In this document: positions 11,951-24,040 of the stretch, one piece after another
How positions within the stretch are numbered: position 1 is the stretch's first letter
How the letters are laid out: each line of letters starts with the position of its first letter
DNA from: Trypanosoma brucei
Lineage: Eukaryota
Direction of reading: 5' to 3'
Length of the DNA: 64,000 nt
NCBI GenBank assembly: GCA_000002445.1
Contig: CP000071.1
Location: 1-64,000, forward strand
Program-made: the position numbers and the translations under genes
Notes under the pieces: generated by a model
Told to the model about the DNA's origin: nothing
Seen by the model: the letters and a program-made list of their open reading frames with translations, nothing else
Database searches by the model: none

Positions 11951-12526
11951 CCCATAGTGGCCCCCAAGCGGAAAACTGAAAAGATACATAAAAAACTCTT
12001 ACAAAATTTATTTTTTGGAATTTTCTTCGTGCCTTCGTGGGAGTTTGCCCCCACTGGCGCGGTCATCAGCCATCACCGTAGAGCCCTGAGATGCTATCGA
12101 TCTGGCGACTGTGGCAGAGTCTCCCTTTTTTTATTCATCCTAACACACTCTCTATAATTTTTGTTGTAGCTCCGAAGTTGAACGGAATACAGCAGATGGG
12201 GCGAGAAGCCTCCAACCCCGGACTCTCCCAAAGATGTCAATTAGCAATCCTTTTGTTTTGATTTTTGTTACTCGTTTATTATTCTTTCTCCCTCTTTCTG
12301 TTTTTGTTGCTTGTTGATTGCATACCCCCTCTGTCTCTGAGGGTGTCTGGACTATTCCTGCATCCGGTGCTTTTCCTGCTAGCTCCACACTCGGCAATGA
12401 GGGAAAAGTTGCAGAAGGGAGAGTCGGTTGTATGACTGATACCATAGGTGAGAACTTTACCTGCGGCCGGCTCCGTTCAACCGCAATGAGAAACTGGGTT
12501 ACCCTTTTAGAGAAACATACATCCTG

Positions 12527-12545
12527 CACACACACACACACACAC
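12527..12545. repeat. (CA)n microsatellite inside the ingi copy 1 3' region, at the point where copy 1 and copy 2 stop aligning
   Basis: CACACACACACACACACC. Confidence 0.7.
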
Positions 12546-13250
12546 CTTCTACCGCAAACCTGACACTTAACTCCTTCAAACCGGGACAGCTCATCAGGTG
12601 CAGCGACGTTTCTTCGCAGTCTCCGCGTTGGTTGGTAACAGCGCGCCCTACCTTCATACCGTGCATCTTCTTTTGATGTATGGTGAGGCCAGTTTTGCTA
12701 GCACACTGCCTTCCGCATGTCGGGCACACCAACATGGATGTGTTTGTATGCAGGGAATCAGTGGCACACAATTTTGTGCTTTTGCTGCATTTAAGCTCGA
12801 CTCCCTCACCTTTGTGGAAAGCCTTACAGTGTTGGATGAGGAAGTCCCTGCAACTGAGCACTTTTTGGTACACACCACACTGCACCTCGCCCTTCCCCGG
12901 GACGTCAACGTTTCCCTCACGGGCACGCTTACGAGGGAATTGCACCACCACCACGGTACCGTCCTCCGTCACTATGCTTTTATGTTTGAATTTCTTGTGT
13001 AGTGACAGGGAAGAACGTGTACCGAAGCTCGCCTCCCACAGGTCACATTGAAACGGCAGCTTCCGTGTATCCTGAGGGGCTGGCGCTGCTGGGACGCTAC
13101 CATCTCCTTGCAATGAGTCCTCGTTCTTTCGCCCCCTTTTCACGCGGAAACTACCGCTGCCTATGCCATGTATTGTTTGAAGGTGGTGTAATAGTCGGCC
13201 TGGCACTGCGAATTTGGAGGCACAGAGGGTACAATGAAGCACCTTCGGTT

Positions 13251-16200
13251 TCATCGGGACTCGTGTGCTCGATGGTAGAGAAACGATCGCCACCACTGGA
13301 GGGGGCTCCGGGGGATGTCCACTACAGGTGTTGCATCGCCGTATTTGATCCTCCGGAGGGCATAAGCTCGCACAAAGCCGTGTTTGTTTACCATGTGCGT
13401 TACAGCACTCGAGCGGCATTGGTATGTGGCATCACATTCCGTACATTTGGTTGGTTCGGAGGTTCTCTGAAGAGTGCGTATCGCAACAGGTTGGGCTGCT
13501 TGCATTGTTGGTCCTATCGCTGCATGTTGCGGGTTGCACCATCGGCACTGTGGAGGCACACTCGGGTTGATCTTTCGCAACATCCATCCATAGTGTCTTG
13601 AAGACCCAACCCGAAAGCGTGCCAGTGCCGTTTCTTCTTCCATCGTCAGTTCTTCTTTATGTTTTGTTGGAAAGTGGTTGCCCATGATACCAAACCTATG
13701 AGTGTTCTCATGGACTTCTTCTGACCTAAGCACTCGCTTCGCATAAGCAATGATGTCGGGGATCCATATGTCTCGCAACTGTGGTAAATCTGCGGCCTTT
13801 TTAGCCATTTCATCGCAAACCTCATTCCGTTTCATATCACAATGACCGAACATAAATTGAATTAGGATACGCACCTTCCTTCTCTGAACTTGAAGCAGAA
13901 GCCTCCATAGTCGTCTCAGAATTGGGTCCGTTACGGCTAGTGGACCTGTCTGCAGTGCTGTTAACATTGACAGCGAGTCATAGAAGGTGGACAACATGCT
14001 CGGTGTGCTTCTGCATGCCGGAAGCCATTTCAGCAGCCGTTGCAGTCCTATCTCTAATGCTACGCATTCCGCTCTGTAACTGCATGAGAGTTTCCCTGCT
14101 CCAGTTTTGGGTACACGAATCAGCGTGTTGTTTCTATAGAGCAGGGCAGCTGCCCCGGTCTTCTCACCGAGGGACACGGATCCATCAGTCCACAATTCGT
14201 AGTGCTCTCGCCGCGGTGGCTCCTTCCCCCTCCGTGCAAAATGCCGTTCAATCCACTTTTCGGAAGCCTCCCTTTTGACATCGTCAGGGTCATCAGCGCA
14301 CACAGGCTTTATCTGCGTGTGAAATATCTGTCGGCAGCTGTGGCGGAGCGTCGATGTCTCTAGCGGGTGCTCGCGTGGCTCAATGCGGAGGTGGGGGTAG
14401 GACCGCATGATGCGGGAATGTAGGGCTCTGACTGGGTGTTTGCTGTGGTATACTTCCTCAGCACTGCGCCGCAAACATCCGCCTCGTGACTCACACATCA
14501 GCATGAATTTAATGCTGCGCACAAGAGTGGCCGTCTTGAGTGGCAGGAGGTTTGCTTCCAGCAGAGAGTCCTCTTTGCGCGTCCCATGCGGTACGCCGGC
14601 TATGATTCGACTGGCCTTGTGTTGTGCTGCTGCAAGGAGGTCGCGACTTTGTTCCGAAGCGTCCCAGTACCATACCTCAATGCCATACATGGTGTGTGCC
14701 TGTACGAGTGCTAGATAAAAAGCTCTCAGTACTTGTCGTCTTGGCCCCCATGTAGGAGCTGAGATGGCTGCTATCTGCAGTAGTCAGAAGTCCATCTTGC
14801 GTCTCGTTTCAGCCGCATGTGTTGCCATCCCTTGCAGACACTGGAATGTTACTCCTAGAAGCTTCGGTGTCCTGTCAGCTCCAATTCTTTCGCCTTCCAG
14901 TTATAATGTAAGGGGGTGGCGCTCTGTACACCCGAAGAGTGTGCACTTCGTTTTTGCTACGTTGACAGACATGAAGTACTCTTTTGACCACTGTAACACC
15001 ACGTTTAGACCGCACTGTAGTGTGTGGTTGATGACTTCCCTCTCTGTGTGCCTGGCAAGTAGCGTTAGGTCGTCTGCAAAGAATCCGTGCTGCAGTAACG
15101 GCACTTCTGCAAGGCGTTGGCTCAACGAGTTCATGACAATAATGAACATGATTGGGCCAAGGACAGTTCCTTGTGGCACTCCTCGCTCAAATGTTCTGCT
15201 TCTGGAAAGCTTCTCCTTGAATCTCACTCTGCCAGTTCGGTTACTCAGAAATGATACGCACCACTTCACAATGTGGGGTGATACCTTCATTCTGTGCATT
15301 TCCCTCGCAATTTTGTCGTGGTCTACTGTATCGAATGCCTTCTCGTAGTCGACGAATACAGCACCCGTACGAGATTAGTGCGTGGGGCGGCAGAGAGCAG
15401 CGCGGACGTGCAGCAGCTGTTCGAGCGTTGAGCATCCGGGGCGAAAGCCTGATTGCTGCGGCGTCAGCTGGGACTCAACAGTGTCTCTAAGTCTCGGGGC
15501 AATTACGCGTTCCATGACTTTGTAGAGAGAGCTCATGAGCGTCACAGGCCTGTAAGAATCGAGGCCCTCCGCCTTTTTTCCGGCCTTCAGGATGGGGATG
15601 ATAACACCGGTTTTCCATGCAGGCGGCACGACTCCCGTTCGTAGGCTCTCATTGAATAGCCTCAGAACAACATTCAGCGCTGTTCTGCCGAGATGTTGCA
15701 GTACCTCCTTGTATAAGCAATCAGGTCCGGCTGCGGATCCACTCGGTAGCAGTTTGATCGATCTCCGTAGTTCAGCCATCGTGATGGGACTGAACTCACT
15801 CGCTATCGTCTTTATGGGTGCCGCTGGGTGTGAGTCGGGGTGCCTTCTTGCGCGGGACGAGTACAGTTTACTGAACCTCTCAGCTTGATGGTAGTCCGTG
15901 ATGGCCGCGTTATCAACAAGTACAGCCGGTGTGGTTAGTTGTCGTGGCGCATATACCTTCTTGACAATGTACCAACTGCAGCGGTCTGACACCGCAAGTC
16001 TGGAGCATAGCGTGCTCCATCTCTTCTTTGTGGTACGGTCCAGGATCTGCTTACGCGTGGCTACCAACTTTTCCCTTCGGTGGGAGGGTCCGCATCCAGC
16101 GATCTCTTCATCGAGTTTCGCGAGCTCAGGTGTCCAATGTGGTGGCGTTGCTCTGCAGCCACGGGGGACGGAGACCTTCGTCGCAATGCAGATGGCGGAG

Positions 16201-16990
16201 CTCAATTTCTGTTCCATGGTGTTGACGTTCTTCTCTCTACCAATTTTCCTGCAGAGCTCGTCAACCTTGAGACGGAAATTCCTCCAGTCAGCTTTTAGCC
16301 GTGCGTACATGGGCTTTCGAAGCCGCGGGCAACTCAGTGCATCTGTGTCGTCTCCAACGATAACGTCGAAAAATATGTGATGGTGATCGCTATCGGGAGA
16401 ATACAGCGATGTTCACGTGTACACTGTGCAATTCCTTGACAGTGTCACATCAGGGGTGGACTCCCCGTGGTGGCGCGCGTACCTGGTGCACTCACCAGTG
16501 TTGCAGACCAGAAACTGGTTGTCAATGCACCACTGTGTGAGGGGTTCACCCTTGGTATTTGGTGGGCTCGCGCGATCCCATGCCAACGCGTGTGCGTTAG
16601 CGTCTGCAGCGATGAGAGCTGGGCACCATCAGTCGTCAGAAGCGTATCTAGGTCAGTTGCCGTGAAGGTGTGTTCTGGTGGGATGTATGCCGACGTGACA
16701 GTCAGCGCCGTTCCACGTGCAAGGTGAATCGTTGCATGCACTTGTTCAATGCGACCAACAACGGCCATACCTGTCTCGAGTGGCAGGTCCTCCCTCACTA
16801 GTATTGATACACCACCTCCTTTGCAGTTACGAGCTATTCCGTGATGTTGGTAGCCAGCAACGCTAAAGCAAGCCGCCTCTCCAGGCGTCATCCTTGTCTC
16901 GCTCAACAGACAAAAGGCGATCCGCTCATCAACAAGGGTTTTGTGGAGTGCTAATCTCTTTTTTCTTGAGGTAGCCCGGCGCAGTTCCAC
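13251..16990 (-). pseudogene. ingi polyprotein ORF remnants: endonuclease 16445..16990, RT 14901..16310, RNaseH-like/Zn-finger 13251..14690, in different frames
   Basis: RT motifs QQSGFRPGCST, FADDLTLL. DGSVSLGEKTGAAALLYRNNTL is RNaseH-like. C2H2 fingers CTECDATYQCRSSAVTHMVNKH. Frameshifts between pieces. Confidence 0.8.
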
Positions 16991-17284
16991 TGCATCCCGC
17001 GCAACGACGGGCCGGGATTCTCTTCCACATCACCGGACCGCAGCATCTTAGTGCGGATGATACTGCTGATGGCACGCTGGCACGTGCCCAGGGACCGACA
17101 AATGAAAAACACTGTCCCAGCAAGATGCTGCTGATCCCTGTGCTGTATGATGCCGTAGCCGAAGCAAAGCAGTGTTCCCCATGAAAGAAACGCTGCTGGC
17201 TCTTGGCTTCCCCCAATGATACGGGGTGCTGGACCCTAGCACCACGTTGAGGTGGCGGGCACCGCCAGGAGGAAACACAGTGTT

Positions 17285-17780
17285 TTTTTTATTTTCCCTC
17301 GCGCAGATGTCAGCACCATGCAATCGCTCCACCCAATGGTAAGAAGTAAATGCTTTTAAGCACACCACGCCGCGATGACATGGTGTAGCGTGGGACTCAA
17401 CACTGGATACCGGCGTTCCTACCCACTAAACCCCCTTTTTTTGAGAATTGATACCAACTGGAGGCCGACCGCATGTGCGCTTGTCTAGGGGGGCGGTCTC
17501 CATTTGACGCCAGTTCGACTCCCCACACACACGTTGCGTTGGAACCATGTTTACCATATCCATCTGCCTCCCCGGACGGAGGTTGTATCAGGGATTTTGG
17601 TTCTCCCACCTGAGCAGAGTATTGGCCCGTGGAAAGCTAAGTAATGGTTCTCCCCACGGAGCGGTCGCACCATATCCGGTGTTGCAGCCGCTGTTTCGAT
17701 GGGACATTTGACTTCCCAGCCGATTTCTCTTCTTGTACTGGGCCCTGGCGCCACGTTGAGGCAGATCCATCCTTAGTGTA
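17285..17780 (-). mobile_element. Short (about 500 bp) RIME/SIDER-like retroposon in tandem, immediately 5' of ingi copy 1
   Basis: Second Pr77-like start on the - strand near 17765 (CCTCAACGTGGCGCCAGGGCCCAGTACA...). Element ends in an A-run (+ strand T8 at 17285-17292) directly abutting the ingi 5' end. Confidence 0.5.
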
Positions 17781-18906
17781 AGCTAAATACTTTCCGCCCA
17801 CGGGGATCGATGCCGGTACTATATGCGACGAGACCTCTACTTTACCACTAAACCAGGGGCCAATGAGCATATTTACAAACGTTAAACAAAATTTCAGTAA
17901 GTGCCTAAGCCAGCAGCACATTTAGCATTCCTCGAAGGAAGTGGCAGAACACGTCTAACCAATAAAGAAAAGCTCAAATTAAAGAACTGTTGAACCACAA
18001 CATAGCGTAGAAACAGTCACTCTTAGTGACCCTCATACACAGACTAATTGAAAAAGTCATTAGGTAGATAAATGTTTTTTTAAACAAAGGAAGGTGAAGG
18101 TTTTAAACATGCAAATGTTACGAACAATGTATTAGATTAAACACACTATGACTTATAGGACCCAAATTTAATCTATATTAAGATGTGCAAGGCGTAAAAC
18201 CTCAGGTATTTTTAATTAGAATTTATTAACCCCAACAGCTTTCTGTAGCGTTAAAGTTAAAAAGGGTGCAATAATAGTAAAGAAAATCGCGCAGACAGAG
18301 ACATGTAGGTTAAATCGTGAACGTAAAAGAAACAAAATTCTGAGAAATAAAGATTATGAAGGCAATAGCAGTTTTTTAGTCACAACTTACCACCTGAATA
18401 ACGTTGTAAATACCACAACAAGACTTAATAATCTAGAGACTAAGACGTCGATGAGAGAGATATAACCAAAAGATGCGACAAATGCAGATCCTTTCAATTA
18501 CCACCACCACCACAATATTTATTAGTTTTTTAAAACCCACAATCAGTAGTACCTACAACAAGGTTAATAGAGTATGATAACCAAGTATAGGCACTATAAG
18601 GCGCTATACTTCTATCGCGCGTCTTAATCAACATCTTACAAAATTACGGACCGCACCGATGTATCACCACAAAATGAAAAAACCAAAACCCAATACGCAG
18701 ATGGCATAGCAAGGGCAATACAGAAGCAACCTAACATCTAAAGGAGAAAAAACTAGTGTTGAAAAAAGACAAAAAAGATATCAAACCTTTTCGACCAACC
18801 CTACTTGTTTTACTTGAATAAAAAAGAGCAAGACAAGCCTAATTTTTCCGAGCCCAAACACCTGCACGACAACACTGAACGGCGGAGGAAATAAAACAAA
18901 AACAAC

Positions 18907-20445
18907 ATGCTGAGGAGGCTGCTGAACATAAGCCTAGCGCTGTTACTTCAACAACCAGCACAGGGAACAAACGACAAACGGCCACTTAAGCTTTCAGTAG
19001 CGACCTCGTTCTGCACATATTCAAACAAAGCAAAGAAGGCAGTAGCAAATATGGCAGACAAACTAAACGCCATGCACAAATCACTTAAAGCTGCAGAAAA
19101 AGCGGCGCTGCAACACCAACTTAGCCAAGCAGCACTTCCTCAGTACAAAGAGGCCGCAGCAACTATGACCATTTACGCCCAAGCAACCTATCTGGCCGCC
19201 CTAAGCGAGCTTCACGACTGGGCAGGCGAACAAACCAAAACAATAGGCCAAGCAATGTACGTCAGCGGCCGAATCGACGGACTGATGGAGGTCTTAAAAA
19301 GGCACATGTCAACGACCAAAGGCAGCAACAAAGGTTGCATAGCAAACGACGGAGACGCGACAGGAATAGGCAAGTTCGTGGAGAGCAAATGCGATTCAAA
19401 GGATACAACAGTTCTAAGTCCCGCAATTGAAGGCCTAGCAGCCGCATTAGACACAGATATAAGCAACGAAGGCGACCCAGAATCTAATTCGGGACGCGAC
19501 GACTGCCTGCTAAACAACAATCCGCACAGCAGCTATACAGCGGTGACGGTAGACATCAACCTTCTAAACGGCATCCTGCAGATACCCCAGGCCGGCGGCT
19601 TTACTACATCCACAAACGTCCGCGCGGCGACCAAAGCGAACAGTTTGTTCACTGCACTGAAAACGAACGGAGCCAAGCTCAAAATTGACTTAACGGCAAG
19701 TACGATCGACCCACCGACTGACCTCCTTGGGCTAAAGAACCTGCTTAAAACCGCAACCAGTCGACAAGCACTTAAAAGTGCAATTACGCAATACCGAAAC
19801 AAACCAACAGACGACAAGAGCATCAAAGACGACACAATCAAGGCGGCCTTCAGATTAACAGCTGACGACCAGGAGGGCAGGTATCTGAAGGCACTCAAAG
19901 CGGTAGAAAGAACAATTCCCACCACGCCAGGGGAGACCAAATCCACACCCCTGCTCGACACGATTTCCAAACAGCTTGAAGCTGCACTTACGGTGGAGAT
20001 AGGCGGAATATATAAAAAAAACAGTGGAACTAAAGAAGGAAACTGAGACGCTCAGACAAAATCAAGGCAAACAAGCATCGGAAGACACATGCAACAAAAT
20101 AAAAGTCGAACAAGCCTGCAATGCAACCGCAGCATGTAATTTTAATAAAACAGAAACTAAAGAAAGTAAAACGTTCAAATTGGATGCCAGAAAAGCCACA
20201 ACAAATGGAGTCTCTGTAACACAACCTCAAACAGGAGGGACAACAACTGTAAAATTCTCCGGCCATAGTAACAGACCAACTAGTAGTGAAAATAAAATAT
20301 TGTGAAATATAGCCCTGTTTGTGTATGGAGAAAAGAAGATGGTGAGGATGACAACGATACGAAAAAATGCCGCGATTCCAGCTTCCTTCTAAGCAAACAA
20401 TTAGCCATTACGGTTTCTGCTGCATTTATGGCTTTGCTTTTCTAA
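18907..20445 (+). pseudogene. VSG pseudogene with frameshifts. N-domain ORF 18907..20046, then C-terminal domain in other frames, GPI tail ...CRDSSFLLSKQLAITVSAAFMALLF
   Basis: Signal peptide MLRRLLNISLALLLQQPAQG. C-terminal-domain pieces 20024..20305 and 20306..20445 are in shifted frames. 3'UTR 16-mer follows. Confidence 0.8.
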
Positions 20446-20496
20446 AACAAAAATTTCCCCCCCCCCTCAATATTTCTTGCTAAAATTTTGCTATTT

Positions 20497-20512
20497 GATA
20501 TATTTTAACATC
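20497..20512 (+). promoter_or_regulatory. VSG 3'UTR conserved 16-mer (TGATATATTTTAACAT)
   Basis: One mismatch to TGATATATTTTAACAC. Preceded by a C-run and TTGCTAAAATTTTGCTA as in other units. Confidence 0.6.
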
Positions 20513-21689
20513 TTAAATCTTTTAGAAGTTATATTTTTGGGCTGATTGTGCGTCTGAAATTTTTTAACGACTAAAAATTCTTCTTTTTTTTGCTGCTGAA
20601 TTTTTTCAGTGTTGGATTTTTTAAATATTTGGTGTTGGTTCTGAAAGTTTTGTTCAGAATAGAATAATAAGGAAGGAAGAAAAAAGGCGGGTTATTCGGG
20701 CTAGGAATTTTATTTTTAAAAAATTTTTAAGTGATTCTGCAATTTTTTTTCTGCACACCATAACCTTTATTCACCAATTATATTGATTTCCTTTTTGTTT
20801 CTGTCTTAAACCATAATTTTCAACAACTGCAAATTTAAGCTCTGCGTTCTGCGCCTCTTTTTTTGTTAATTTTTTAAATTTTTAAATTTTCTTAGTGATG
20901 CAGCTCTTTTTTCACATTAAGGCTAGCGCTCATTCATATGTCAGGTACCCTCACTTAAATTTTTCTCATACTCATTTCATATTCACATCGTTACAATTCT
21001 ACCCTTGTTGCTTTCGTGAATTTCAGCTCTTCATTTTGCGCGACACGCGGCTTCAAATTTTTTAAAGAAACTATGGCGCTACGCACGCCATCAATTTTTT
21101 TAGTGTTGGGGAGTGGAAGTTTCGCTGCGCGAAACCATTTGCTCTCAAAAGGAAAATTAAGGAAATATAATAATTGGGGGGGGCCGATCGTCAAAATCAG
21201 TAACAAAGTCGCCGGCACACAATCTTTTACTTGAAACTGACGGCTAAAACAGCTCAACATTCATGGGTGCAGGTTTTTTTTACGAATTTTTTAACTAATT
21301 TTTTACAACACGTTTTTAATTTGTTTAAAGTGATGCACCGGCTCTTTTTTGATGCTGACACTACCCCTTATACACCTAGAAGCATATTTGGCTTTTGCTT
21401 GTGTTTATCCTAAGGTAGCTTTATTTTTATTCCCATATGAATATAAATTTTTTAATCTTTTTATCACCATTAATTTTTTATTTTTTTCATTGTTTTTAAA
21501 AATCAATTATTTTTTTTTTGATTTTTTATTTTAATTTTTTACAACATGTTTTTAATCTTTATTAAGTAATACCCCTGTTTCGTTTACAAAGAAGCTATGC
21601 ATTTATCAGGAAACGCAGGTTTTGAGATACCACGTACTGGAAATAGAACACAAAAAAACGCATCACTAACAAAAGTAACCAAAACAGAC

Positions 21690-22031
21690 GAAACTTTCTC
21701 AACGAAAGGAACAGGAGATGACTGCAAACTCCCATGCAAAGAGGTAGAATAGGAAAGTGGCAAAAAGAAGTGCAAATCGGATAAAGATAAGGCTAAAAAG
21801 GAAACAGCAAACCAAGCAGGAAGAGGAGGGACAAGCGCCGGGGCAGATTGCAGTAAATACGACACACAAGAGAAATGTGAGAAAGCCAATGAAGGTCAAA
21901 CCACCAAAGTTTGCGGATGGAAGGGCGAAAATAGTGACAGATCTGACAAAGAAGATTACAACTGCGGCTCTTTCAGTGTTCTTATAAATAAGAATCTTAC
22001 TCTGATGGATACTACTTTTTTTATTTGGTAG
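21690..22031 (+). pseudogene. Orphan VSG C-terminal-domain fragment with GPI-signal-like tail
   Basis: ...DCKLPCKEVE...CEKANEGQTTKVCGWKGENSDRSDKEDYNCGSFSVLINKNLTLMDTTFF. No N-terminal domain upstream. Confidence 0.55.
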
Positions 22032-22267
22032 TATTTTAGAATTATAAGAATATTTTCTAAATTTTATAAGAATTTACTAAATTTGATATATTTCAACACT
22101 TTTGTAAAACTTGTAAATTATTCAAAAATTTAAAAATATGAAATTTTTATAGAATGAATATGAAAGTGGCTTGTAGTTGCAAAGTATTATGGTGATAAGG
22201 TATGAAAAATAAGTTCTATTACTGATATTTGATATTTAGATTATTTTCTTTCTTTTGTTGAAATAAG

Positions 22268-22310
22268 AGCAGTAATAATAATAATAATAATAATGATAGA
22301 AAGGATAATA
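22268..22310 (+). repeat. Partial 70-bp repeat: (TAA)n arm only, degenerate core
   Basis: AATAATAATAATAATAATAATGATAGAAAGGATAATAAAG. Confidence 0.5.
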
Positions 22311-24040
22311 AAGAAGAGATGGAGGTCAGTATAAAAGCTAAATATTGTCGTTCGTTGTACGAAGACGGACAGCCATAAGGAAAGAAGCAGCGACAAGTAA
22401 GGAATGCACCAACGGAAGGCACGTGACCTCAGAAAACAAGAAAATGATACTTAACCAGCAGATTCTGGCGCCCATTTCGTGCAATAATAGATGTGAGCTA
22501 CTGCAGAGGTAATGGTTTGGTTTTTAGTTTTTAATGTGTTGGCAAAACCTAGTATACAGATGTGAAGAATGAAAGGCGAAAGCAAGGAATTGGGTATGTG
22601 TGAGGTAGTGTCGAAGGCTTCTACACGTCTAATTTACGAAAAGGAAACAATGTTTGTGGTGAACGATATAATATTATCAGAAATAAATTTCTTAAATACA
22701 ACCACCAGTGGATTATTATTTCCTGCGAAAGAACAAAAATAATGCATAAACTGCTTAATATAGCAAGTATATGAAAAAATGGAAGAGTTTTGTAAAGCAG
22801 AAAGATTTTGTAATGATACTTCAACAAGTTCATACTTGCTCATATAACAAACATTATGTTCATTCAATGGCGGAGCACTTTACGCTAGGTGCGACGCTGA
22901 TCTTCATTTAATGGATAGAATAAAGAGAGTCAGGAACCTGAAACAGACGGTTATGGCGTCCAAAAGCACACTATTTCAAGCGAATAGACCCCAGAACGAC
23001 ACAAATTTACAAAGGCGGTCGAAGCAAGGACATGGCAAAGGGAGATTCGTTATTTTGTTGCCCAAGACCCCGGCACCAGCAGAGCTTCACTAACTAAAGC
23101 CCCTCAGAAGAAGTCATATGAGTTTAATTTTTGAGGTATAGAGAAGTATTCGATAATTCAAAGATTTTGTGAGTGGAATCTTCCAAAGATTAGTCATATA
23201 ACCAAATTTCCAAGAAGCAAGACTATTTGTAACTGTGCACCAGGAGGAGCCGCCTATAATACATGTTTTTTAAGAACCTTACGCGACAATAAAGCTAATT
23301 GTTAATTCTTTGAATCCGCGGCCATCTAAAAACACAGGCAAAAGCTTTAAAAACCTAATTGTAGATTTGAAACATCACAACTGCTAGTCCCCCGAACTCA
23401 AATCTCTGTTGAATAGTTTGCACTTATTGGACAGCCGGCTGTCAGCCACAAATAAGGATACACCGATTAAGGAAATTGAAGTAGCGCAATAAAGAGTAAA
23501 TGATAAAATCTAAAAACATACTATATTCAACAAGTCAGCACCATGTAGGCTCTGAATAACATATTAACACGTTTCTTTAACTGGCACCTGCAGCGAGACC
23601 AACAGCAAAAAGCGCCTGCTTTTTTAGAGACCAATGGTTTTGTAATGTTTCATGCAGCGCTAGCGGCAGGAAAGAGACACAACAGTAGCACAAATCCATG
23701 CCAGGAGGCCTCAAGAACAAACGTCAGCCGCAAGATACAACATTCGAGCTGTGAACAAGCAACTGCCATGTGGGTGGCAGCAAACGGCGACACCACATAC
23801 GATCAGCATTAAGTGTTCGGCAGCCGCAACCTGGCTCAAGGCAGACCAAAGCAACGTTAAATAAAGGCTGCAGCGCACCCTTACGTAAAAAACAGAAGGC
23901 TTCCAACCGGAGATACTCTAGCACCACAATAAACCCCAAAGAACCTACACTAAGCAAGCACAACCGTAAGCAAACGATACTCAGTCAAACAACGACCCCC
24001 CCCCCCATCCTTTAGACAAGGGAAGAAAGTATACAAAGAA

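Larger units (their letters stand above)
12127..17275 (-). mobile_element. ingi non-LTR retrotransposon, copy 1 (about 5.15 kb), degenerate ORF
   Basis: 5' end on the - strand carries the Pr77-like signature (revcomp of 17225-17275 reads ...CCACCTCAACGTGGTGCTAGGGTCCAG...). ORF fragments run endonuclease, RT, RNaseH-like, C2H2 zinc fingers across several frames. Poly(T) on the + strand at 12127-12134 taken as the poly(A) tail. Collinear with copy 2. Confidence 0.85.

Noticed and set aside
12152..12541. 129-aa - strand ORF at the extra 3' tail of ingi copy 1 as an independent gene
   Set aside because: No recognisable motifs. It overlaps retroposon 3' sequence and the (CA)n tract, and is more plausibly non-coding element sequence.
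17480..17540. Possible tRNA gene suggested by the GTTCGACTCC T-loop-like motif
   Set aside because: Flanking bases do not form complementary T-stem or acceptor-stem pairings. The motif lies inside the RIME/SIDER-like element. Most likely a chance resemblance.
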